Positions 23,349 through 29,992 of a stretch of 32,000 nucleotides of DNA are shown here, piece after piece. Position numbers and translations under genes: made by a program. How positions within the stretch are numbered: the first letter of the stretch is position 1; every line of letters begins with the position of its first letter. The notes under the pieces are model-generated. The model searched no databases, had not been told where the DNA came from, and was given only the letters and a program-made list of their open reading frames with translations. The DNA comes from Candidatus Saccharimonadota bacterium (GTDB lineage Bacteria > Patescibacteriota > Saccharimonadia > Saccharimonadales > Saccharimonadaceae), in NCBI GenBank assembly GCA_001029695.1, contig CP011211.1, positions 390,001 through 422,000 on the forward strand, given 5' to 3'.

Positions 23349-25529
23349 CTATGCTTCGTTTATCTGTGTACGCTTTTTTGAAGTATCGACAGGTATCCTA
23401 AACCCGAACTTACTCCCCTTACCTTCAGTCGATGAAAAGATCATCTTACCACCATGTGCGGTGATTACTTTTTTCGCAAGGAACAATCCTACGCCAGTGC
23501 CGTCAGGTCGCTGTTTGCGTGCATTGGTTGCACGGAAAAACTTATGGAAAAGCTTCGCCTGCTCTTCGACTGGCACGCCAATTCCCGTATCGGCAACCAC
23601 AAATGCGAGTTCATCATCGATCTGTTCGAGACTCACTGTGATTGTCGTCTCTGGACGAGAGTAGTAGATAGCATTATCGATAAAGTTCATGATCACCTGG
23701 CGAACCTTTGCCTCATCAAGTTCGATAATTGGCAGGGTCTTCTTTGGTACCTTCACGCTTAACTTGATGTTGTGCGCTTCAGCGATGAGTCGTAGACTAT
23801 TCGTTTCCTGCTCAACAACACTTCCAAGATCTGTCGGGTGGTACTCAACAAGAAATTTCCCTGTTTGCAGGCGCGATACGTTCAGGAAATCACTAATAAG
23901 TCGCACCATACGCTCGCTACTGTTAAACGCTTCCTTCAATACAGTCTCTTGCTGTGGAGTGACGTTCCCCATGTCACCCTCGAGCACCATACTTAGATAG
24001 CCTTTTATACTTGTAAGCGGAGTACGTAACTGGTGTGACGCCATGCTAATGAACTCATCTTTCACTTCATCGATATGACGAAGCTGTGCGTTCGATGAAC
24101 GCAATTCTTTTGTCGCAACATCAATTCGCTGCTGCAGGGTTGCGTTGATTTCTTTAACCTCTTGGACAGATAGCGCGTTTTGAATAGCAACAATTAACTC
24201 ATCTGAAAGAGTTTCAAGCACCCTCACATCTCGGCTTACATAGCCTGCTCCCTTATGTTCACCTAAACAGAGATAGCCCAGCACGCCACCGCTATGGCGT
24301 AAAGGTAAAATGATAGCCAACCTATAAGATGTCATCATCCGTTTAATCGCCGTATCAATTTCTGGTTCATCACCAAGAATGACGGCGTCACCCCTCTCCT
24401 CTACATATACCTCAAGGCGTCGAGCATCCTCTATCGCAAGATACGTTCTGTTTTTAGTTCCAGATGACAGATAATGGCCAGCGGAATGGTATACAAAAAA
24501 ATATCCCTGCTCGGACTTTAGCGTACTCGCTAGCTTAACTGCAGCCCTCTCCAGGAGACCTCTAAGATCTGTCGTAGAAGCGAGTAGCCTACTCATCTCT
24601 GCGTAGAGTACATCCGTCTTGTAGTTATCTCTGTAGAAAAACTTATTTGTAATCTTATCAAAGAAAGATTTCACTGGCTGGAAAAAGAAAGCAAGAAGCA
24701 AAGCGGCAAAAGTATTTATAGGGCTTACGGCAGTCTCTCCGCTACCAGTAAATAAAATCCTAGACGCAGCATATGCTATCCCGTAGTAAAGCACCGAGAG
24801 AGTGGCTAAAACCCCTATATAGACAAGACTCCTGACAACGACAAAACGAAGGTCAAATAACCTATGGCGAATAACGCTATAGTAAATTCCAATCACTAAG
24901 AGAAGTACGGGAGAAACCCCAAACTCTGTAAATGCGAAGATACCCGTTAGCGACGGTAGGATGAATTGCATCGTTACAACCAATGGCAAGGACACCATCA
25001 GACTCAGTGCAATGACTTGAAGCTGGTTAAGCGCTGCGCCCTTCAGTTTACGCAAACCAATAATTAAAGTATAGAAGACTATCCCCATCATCATAAGTAA
25101 AGCAGCCCCATACAACAGAATAAGAGGACCGAAGATGACAGCGTATACATTTCCTTGCTGCTCTATACCTGCGACAGTCAAAGGAGTTGCAGCCAATAAA
25201 GCAATAATCCACAAGAAAGGTGTCATAAACTTTGTAAACTTTCGACTCAGTGACACACTCGCCAATTCGGAAACAAAATTCATCACCAGTATCATTGCTC
25301 CAAAAGCAGATGCGAATACTAAATAATTTGCTACCAGTGCAACACCGACAGACAGGTCAACGTTATTTGCTATGTGGTTAGAAGGGATCCATACCGCTAC
25401 CATAATAGCCAAAACTACAAATAATCTGTTCACATACTGCTTATAGCCACCCCTCAGGGAGACTAAAACTGCAAGCACCGTAAGAAGACCGACAATAATT
25501 ACATCAATAATCGCGTAGACACTCAGCAT
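23349..25529 (-). CDS. sensor histidine kinase (multi-TM N-terminal sensor + GAF-like + HisKA + HATPase_c), paralog 2
   Basis: Same architecture as 20101-22326. H-box SMASHQLRTPLTSIKGY, N-box MNFIDNAIYYS, G1 DTGIGVP, and the identical FFRATNARKQRPDGTGVGLFLAKKVITAH. Confidence 0.9.
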   Translation of the reverse strand: MLSVYAIIDVIIVGLLTVLAVLVSLRGGYKQYVNRLFVVLAIMVAVWIPSNHIANNVDLSVGVALVANYLVFASAFGAMILVMNFVSELASVSLSRKFTKFMTPFLWIIALLAATPLTVAGIEQQGNVYAVIFGPLILLYGAALLMMMGIVFYTLIIGLRKLKGAALNQLQVIALSLMVSLPLVVTMQFILPSLTGIFAFTEFGVSPVLLLVIGIYYSVIRHRLFDLRFVVVRSLVYIGVLATLSVLYYGIAYAASRILFTGSGETAVSPINTFAALLLAFFFQPVKSFFDKITNKFFYRDNYKTDVLYAEMSRLLASTTDLRGLLERAAVKLASTLKSEQGYFFVYHSAGHYLSSGTKNRTYLAIEDARRLEVYVEERGDAVILGDEPEIDTAIKRMMTSYRLAIILPLRHSGGVLGYLCLGEHKGAGYVSRDVRVLETLSDELIVAIQNALSVQEVKEINATLQQRIDVATKELRSSNAQLRHIDEVKDEFISMASHQLRTPLTSIKGYLSMVLEGDMGNVTPQQETVLKEAFNSSERMVRLISDFLNVSRLQTGKFLVEYHPTDLGSVVEQETNSLRLIAEAHNIKLSVKVPKKTLPIIELDEAKVRQVIMNFIDNAIYYSRPETTITVSLEQIDDELAFVVADTGIGVPVEEQAKLFHKFFRATNARKQRPDGTGVGLFLAKKVITAHGGKMIFSSTEGKGSKFGFRIPVDTSKKRTQINEA

Positions 25530-25537
25530 ACATATGC

Positions 25538-25543
25538 ATTATA
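25538..25543 (-). promoter_or_regulatory. -10 box TATAAT 8 nt upstream of the kinase-2 ATG (leaderless architecture)
   Basis: The minus strand reads gcgcTATAATgcatatgtATG. Confidence 0.5.
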
Positions 25544-25580
25544 GCGCTAAATCACTTTTTTGCCACAGCATTTGTTAAGT

Positions 25581-26516
25581 CTAGGCTGATCTACTATGCG
25601 CGTCTGTGCGCCTTTTTCTTGCATCATCCTGATAGTCAGCTTCTGGATTAAGGCCAAGCTTGGTTCGCGCAAAAGCCGCAGTAGCACCTAAGTAGTATGA
25701 CGCTCGCGGATATCGTATAACTCCCGATTTATTCGTATACGCATCCATAAATCGATATCTTGGAGCCCATGTTGGCTCCTTGCGATTATTCCCAATGCCG
25801 TACGTTAAGTGAAGAAATGCTTCTGTACTCCCCAATCCACTAGCCATATCAACCCCTTCGCTGATCGTCGGCAAAGGCGCACCACCTTGCGTAGCCAAAA
25901 GAGTTCTATAGTCACCATAAGGTGGAATATAAGGAACGCATCGACTAAGATCTACCTTCATTTCTGCAACCTCATCGAGTGGCATATCTTTTGGTATGCC
26001 CATAATCTTCTCAAAATCTCCACCCCTAAGAGATGTAGCGATACCCGCAAAACCAATATTCATCACAAGCAGTCCTGGAGTTTCCTGCTTCAGGGCCGTT
26101 CGAGCAAGCAACGTACCGATCTCAGGCTTCAAAAGCTCTGACTCATCTAGATATAAGTCTGCGCCATATAGAAATTCTTCAACGTTTTCCGAAATGACAC
26201 CATCATCATAAATCGTTACTTTTGGTGAAGCAGGTAGCGCCTCAACCATCTCCTTAAAAACCTCAGCTTTATTGCGACCTACGTTGGGTGTCGTCGCGGC
26301 AAGTACGCGGTTTGAATTCTCAGGCTCAAACGCCTCAGGATCCGCTACGCGGATCTCACCTACGCCCTTCATTGCTAGCTTATAGCCAAGTTGAAACCCG
26401 TCCCCGCCAACACCGGCGATTGCAACAGTAGAATTTATTAAAGCATCTTGCTCTGCCTCATTCCAAAAACCATAATTTCTAGAGAAGGCCGGATGATTTA
26501 TAGTATTTTTACGCAT
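25581..26516 (-). CDS. ThiF/MoeB/HesA-family (E1-like) adenylyltransferase-fold protein
   Basis: FSRNYGFWNEAEQDALINSTVAIAGVGGDGFQLGYKLAMKGVGEIRVADPEAFEPENSNR is a Rossmann GxGGxG motif in the ThiF arrangement. GRNKAEV matches the conserved Arg/Lys ATP-site region. SD GAGGAG lies upstream. Confidence 0.75.
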   Translation of the reverse strand: MRKNTINHPAFSRNYGFWNEAEQDALINSTVAIAGVGGDGFQLGYKLAMKGVGEIRVADPEAFEPENSNRVLAATTPNVGRNKAEVFKEMVEALPASPKVTIYDDGVISENVEEFLYGADLYLDESELLKPEIGTLLARTALKQETPGLLVMNIGFAGIATSLRGGDFEKIMGIPKDMPLDEVAEMKVDLSRCVPYIPPYGDYRTLLATQGGAPLPTISEGVDMASGLGSTEAFLHLTYGIGNNRKEPTWAPRYRFMDAYTNKSGVIRYPRASYYLGATAAFARTKLGLNPEADYQDDARKRRTDAHSRSA

Positions 26517-26589
26517 AATTAGTGATCAGCTCCTCTAGTAATATACAACATAGAAAATATATCCATTCTCTATAGATTCAACAGAAAGA

Positions 26590-27342
26590 CTAGTGCCTTA
26601 TAGCATCTCCCCAGTACTGAAAAGTATTACTATTGGCTTTCATACCAGATAGTACATCAGGGTCTAACCTATTACTTAGCTCGTTCGTATCTATCATGAT
26701 GCCAAGATTATCGGTCTTATACTTTGGTATATACCGTGGATCTGCAACAACGCTAAACGGCACGCCATTTCTTTCGAGTTGCTCTTGTAGTTTTGTTTCC
26801 ACTACACCATAAGCTGGGCCTAAATCGTTTGCAATAACATGTGAAACGCCACGTGCAAATAATCTTGTTCTTAGATTATTTGCGTGAAAACGGTCATCGT
26901 GTCTCACTATTAGACGTGACACTTCTACTGCCTGACTAGGCGCCGGATTCTCGTCAAACTCATCTTTGAAAAATTCTTCAATTGGTAGCTTGGTCTCTTT
27001 ATCGTGTGTGTTTTTTTCAATAAGACGCATACACCCGACAACCGCAACGCGTGCTAATTGGTTCTCTAGTGCAACGATATGCACTGATCGCTCGTCGTCA
27101 ATATCAGTCTCGGTGCCGTCAACGCGCCTAGCATCTTCATCTAATATTTGCCTCTGGTCAATGTATACATTGGCTCGCAGTCGTAGATATGACTGAAAGA
27201 GTGCATCTTGGTCTAATGATGGATCGGTGTTGATACCAATAACTCCGATTGCGAATCTCTGATCAGGGTGGTGATCAAATATATCCGTCTCAACAGAAGG
27301 GGTAATATTGTGTGTCTTTATTGGATCGTAATTCATTACCAT
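26590..27342 (-). CDS. GNAT-fold N-acyltransferase of the autoinducer-synthase-like group (LuxI / N-acyl amino acid synthase-like)
   Basis: Motif series YLRLRANVY, GTETDIDDERSVHIV, VVGCMRLI, KLPIEEFF and AVEVSRLIV parallels the conserved blocks of LuxI-type and N-acyl amino acid synthase families. I set the start at ATG 27342, because the ORF-track GTG at 27366 sits inside the promoter -10 (GTGTATAAT). Confidence 0.65.
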   Translation of the reverse strand: MVMNYDPIKTHNITPSVETDIFDHHPDQRFAIGVIGINTDPSLDQDALFQSYLRLRANVYIDQRQILDEDARRVDGTETDIDDERSVHIVALENQLARVAVVGCMRLIEKNTHDKETKLPIEEFFKDEFDENPAPSQAVEVSRLIVRHDDRFHANNLRTRLFARGVSHVIANDLGPAYGVVETKLQEQLERNGVPFSVVADPRYIPKYKTDNLGIMIDTNELSNRLDPDVLSGMKANSNTFQYWGDAIRH

Positions 27343-27357
27343 AGGTTTATAGCTTTG

Positions 27358-27385
27358 ATTATACACTTTATTAAAAAAAAGTCAA
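27358..27385 (-). promoter_or_regulatory. near-consensus promoter of the acyltransferase/ThiF-like genes
   Basis: On the minus strand, TTGACT (27385-27380), a 16-nt spacer, then TATAAT (27363-27358) preceded by TG. Confidence 0.65.
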
Positions 27386-27419
27386 TACCAACATAACCTG
27401 CTAGCTCTTACTGGGAACA

Positions 27420-27428
27420 TGCTACAAT
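27420..27428 (+). promoter_or_regulatory. extended -10 promoter TGcTACAAT 6 nt upstream of the response-regulator ATG (leaderless architecture)
   Basis: Sequence aTGcTACAATatacctATG, with no SD. Confidence 0.5.
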
Positions 27429-27434
27429 ATACCT

Positions 27435-27806
27435 ATGACCAAAATTGCAATCATCGAAGACGACTCAGTCATTAACCAAATGTACCGTATGAAGTTTGAA
27501 GCCGATGGCTTCGACGTTCAGGTGGCAGACAATGGCAAGAGCGGTATCGAGATGGCAAAAACCTTCAAACCAGACATTATCTTGCTTGACCTTCAGATGC
27601 CAGAAATGACTGGAGACGAGGCGCTCGTACATATTCGCGGTAGTGACTGGGGTAAACAAATACCCGTCATCATCCTCACAAACCTTGGTGCAGAAGAATC
27701 ACCAAAGATCCTCAAGCAGCTTGATATACATAGCTATATAGTCAAAGCTGAACTTACCCCGAGCCAAGTTGTAGGACGAGTCAAAGAAGCACTCCACCTC
27801 AATTAA
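27435..27806 (+). CDS. single-domain (receiver-only, CheY-like) response regulator
   Basis: Acidic pocket EDD (aa 8-10), phospho-acceptor Asp in ILLDLQMP, Thr in IILTN, Lys in YIVKA. At 123 aa there is no output domain. Confidence 0.9.
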   Translation: MTKIAIIEDDSVINQMYRMKFEADGFDVQVADNGKSGIEMAKTFKPDIILLDLQMPEMTGDEALVHIRGSDWGKQIPVIILTNLGAEESPKILKQLDIHSYIVKAELTPSQVVGRVKEALHLN

Positions 27807-27819
27807 ATCTTTAAGTAAG

Positions 27820-28629
27820 CTAGTCTTTAGCTGTAGCGGTGGCTGCTGAGATAACGTTGTCAAACAGCGCCGTGACAGTGAGCGGACCGACTCCACCTTT
27901 GAGTGGTGTAATCGTAAGATCATCTCTCGTGCGAACATCGTCGGCCACGTCGCCGACAACTCTGCCATGCTCGGCTGCAGTCCCAGCATCTATAACAACC
28001 GCACCGTCTTTCAACTGTTCTGAAGTGATAAGACCTGGTACGCCAGTTGCCGTCACGATCACATCATACTCCTTTAGTTGCGCTGCAAGGTCTTTCGATG
28101 AACTATCGAATATCGTTGATTCATAGCCGCTTTTTTGCCATAGCACTGCAAGCGGAGCACCTACGAGGCGGCCATTTCCGACAATTGCGATCTTCTTATC
28201 TTTGAGGACAATATTGTACCCAGCTGCCAGCCAATTAATCGCGAGCGCCGTAGCAGGATCAAATATATGATCTACTCCGAGACCGTCAACGTCCTTTTGT
28301 GGCGCAACCGCGTCGACAGCAGCCTGTGTCTGCGTAGTGTCAGCGAGCGGGAGTTGAATGATAATGCCATGCACTGACTCGTCGCCGTTGAGCGCCTCAA
28401 TCGTCGCCATAAGCTCTGCACTCGACACTTTATGAACGGCTACATCGACAAGAATATCCGCACCATATTGTTTTTTCATACGAACATACGTATCAATCAC
28501 AGGGTCATCTGTCGTCTGAACTACCGCAAGCACAGGAAAAACACGCTTTGCCTGCCTCAGCGCACGTACCTGTTTTGCTTGGCGCTCTTTTATAAAGCCC
28601 GCCAACTCATTTCCATCGAGTAATTTCAT
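27820..28629 (-). CDS. folD: bifunctional methylenetetrahydrofolate dehydrogenase / methenyltetrahydrofolate cyclohydrolase
   Basis: MKLLDGNELAGFIKERQ..., YVRMKKQ, GIIIQLPL, VGNGRLVGAPLA and TPLKGGVGPLTVTALF. Confidence 0.93.
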   Translation of the reverse strand: MKLLDGNELAGFIKERQAKQVRALRQAKRVFPVLAVVQTTDDPVIDTYVRMKKQYGADILVDVAVHKVSSAELMATIEALNGDESVHGIIIQLPLADTTQTQAAVDAVAPQKDVDGLGVDHIFDPATALAINWLAAGYNIVLKDKKIAIVGNGRLVGAPLAVLWQKSGYESTIFDSSSKDLAAQLKEYDVIVTATGVPGLITSEQLKDGAVVIDAGTAAEHGRVVGDVADDVRTRDDLTITPLKGGVGPLTVTALFDNVISAATATAKD

Positions 28630-28636
28630 TGTATCT

Positions 28637-28645
28637 AGTTTACCA
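28637..28645 (-). promoter_or_regulatory. extended -10 TGgTAAACT 7 nt upstream of the folD ATG (leaderless architecture)
   Basis: The minus strand reads cTGGTAAACTagatacaATG. Confidence 0.4.
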
Positions 28646-28657
28646 GAAGCTGAGCTG

Positions 28658-28666
28658 TGCTACAAT
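28658..28666 (+). promoter_or_regulatory. extended -10 TGcTACAAT for the DUF5684-like gene (this one has a leader plus SD)
   Basis: gTGcTACAAT is followed by a leader of about 28 nt. AAGGAG (28686-28691) lies 9 nt before ATG 28701. Confidence 0.5.
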
Positions 28667-28700
28667 CTAGACAACACTAGTAGCTAAGGAGAATTAGATC

Positions 28701-29249
28701 ATGGGAATTTTAACGTATCTAGCGCAAAGCTCGGACACTTCACTGTTTGACGATCAGCCATATACCTACACGTCAACATCGACAGCAACGCTCTCGCCTG
28801 AAGTGGCGTTCACTATCACAATTGTTGCATTACTATTTGCTGCGGCTTTATATGCCGTATCAGCGTATCTACTAAGTCGAATCTTTAAAAAAGCCGGTGT
28901 CGAGCAGTGGATTGCTTGGATACCCGTATACAACTCATGGAAACTACTCGAACTCGGGGGTCAAAAAGGCTTCTGGGCCGTGCTTGCATTCATCCCTATC
29001 GTCAACATTGCTTCTGCCGTGTTTATGTACATCGCAATGTACCACATAGGTAAAAAGCTACAAAAGGAAGACTGGTTTGTTGTTCTTGCAATCTTGGTAC
29101 CAATTGTATGGACTTTGTGGCTTGCGTTGGACGACTCTAAATGGCAAGGCGTATCCGACTCAACTAACGGCACTCCAGCCTTTCAGCCAGCAGCATCAGC
29201 TACCGCAACCGATGATAACGGTCAACCAAAACCACCGCTCGTACAATAG
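28701..29249 (+). CDS. DUF5684-like small membrane protein
   Basis: IFKKAGVEQWIAWIPVYNSWKLLELGGQKGFWAVLAFIPIVN is the characteristic DUF5684 core. There are 3-4 TM segments. Confidence 0.7.
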   Translation: MGILTYLAQSSDTSLFDDQPYTYTSTSTATLSPEVAFTITIVALLFAAALYAVSAYLLSRIFKKAGVEQWIAWIPVYNSWKLLELGGQKGFWAVLAFIPIVNIASAVFMYIAMYHIGKKLQKEDWFVVLAILVPIVWTLWLALDDSKWQGVSDSTNGTPAFQPAASATATDDNGQPKPPLVQ

Positions 29250-29263
29250 CTAAAATGCTATCT

Positions 29264-29305
29264 CCAAGAAAAAAGACTTATCTAACGATAAGTCTTTTTT
29301 CTTGG
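29264..29305. terminator. bidirectional terminator: 19-bp perfect hairpin shared by the convergent DUF5684-like gene and tRNA-Lys
   Basis: CCAAGAAAAAAGACTTATC-TAAC-GATAAGTCTTTTTTCTTGG. A/T tracts flank it on both strands. The right arm includes the tRNA CCA end. Confidence 0.8.
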
Positions 29306-29379
29306 AGGGCCAGGAGGGACTTGAACCCTCGACACCCTGCTTAAGAGGCAGGTGCTCTAACCAGCTGAGCTACTGGCCC
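29303..29379 (-). tRNA. tRNA-Lys (anticodon CUU), genomically encoded CCA
   Basis: Hand-folded cloverleaf: acceptor GGGCCAG/CTGGCCC, D-arm GCTC-AGCTGGTTA-GAGC, anticodon stem CCTGC/GCAGG with loop CTCTTAA, T-arm GAGGG-TTCAAGT-CCCTC, then T plus CCA. Total 77 nt. Confidence 0.93.
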
Positions 29380-29518
29380 GTATTGCAAAATAAATTGTAC
29401 TCTATTACTCGAGAAAAGGCAAGAGAAATCTCCCCCATTCCAGCAAAAGATTCATCATATTCTGTATATTCAATCGGCCCATACGATGCTATACTTAACC
29501 GTAAGAAGTTTGTTGTAT

Positions 29519-29992
29519 ATGAAGAATACTCACCCATCATCTGGTTTTACCGTTGTTGAGGTATTGGTTACCCTGGTGATCATATCGCTATTTATGGGGC
29601 TCTTTTTTCAGACCTACATGGCTATGGAATCACAACGTCTCGCAGTGCAGAAAACCGTCTTTGCTAGTAATATCGCTTATGCCAACTTGCGTAAATTCTC
29701 TGAACGCCCTGATTCAACAAAGCTCAGCTGCACCAACGACATGAACCTCGCTAGCAATCCAACCGCACCGGGTATCGAGATTGGCGGAAATAACACCAGC
29801 CCGAACACATTTGGGTTTGTTGGCGAAAATCTCACCACTTCACTTGGAACTGACGCTACTCAGCAGGTTCTTATCTTTGCACCAAATGGCTGTACGAGAT
29901 TTGCAGACATGCCGCTAAAAATAGTGTCTATAGTTAGATACGGACCCGCATCAAATCAGGAAGAGATCGCTCATGTATCATATGTCAAATAA
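29519..29992 (+). CDS. type IV pilin-like / pseudopilin protein (prepilin N-terminal cleavage-methylation motif)
   Basis: MKNTHPSSG|FTVVEVLVTLVIISLF has Gly-Phe at the cleavage site, Glu at +5 and a hydrophobic helix. I chose ATG 29519 rather than the ORF-track start at 29486. Confidence 0.8.
   Translation: MKNTHPSSGFTVVEVLVTLVIISLFMGLFFQTYMAMESQRLAVQKTVFASNIAYANLRKFSERPDSTKLSCTNDMNLASNPTAPGIEIGGNNTSPNTFGFVGENLTTSLGTDATQQVLIFAPNGCTRFADMPLKIVSIVRYGPASNQEEIAHVSYVK

Noticed and set aside
26519-26566. 15-codon ORF (MDIFSMLYITRGADH) directly upstream of the ThiF-like gene, considered as a microcin-C-type precursor peptide
   Set aside because: - The RBS is weak.
- The C-terminus is His rather than the Asn typical of MccA-like peptides.
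- The ThiF-like protein lacks the N-terminal peptide-clamp extension.
- No exporter is present.
- An ORF of this size is expected by chance in AT-rich DNA.
27343-27366. GTG start at 27366 for the acyltransferase
   Set aside because: GTGTATAAT together with TTGACT 16 nt upstream forms a near-consensus promoter, so these bases are more likely promoter than coding sequence. I prefer ATG 27342, but this is not proven.
27807-27819. Looked for a terminator between the convergent response-regulator and folD genes
   Set aside because: The gap is only 13 nt with no stable hairpin. No terminator is called.
29302-29559. 85-aa plus-strand ORF (MEGQEGLEPSTPCLRGRCSNQLSYWP...)
   Set aside because: It is the classic spurious translation of the antisense strand of a tRNA gene (tRNA-Lys), and its remainder spans the intergenic region.
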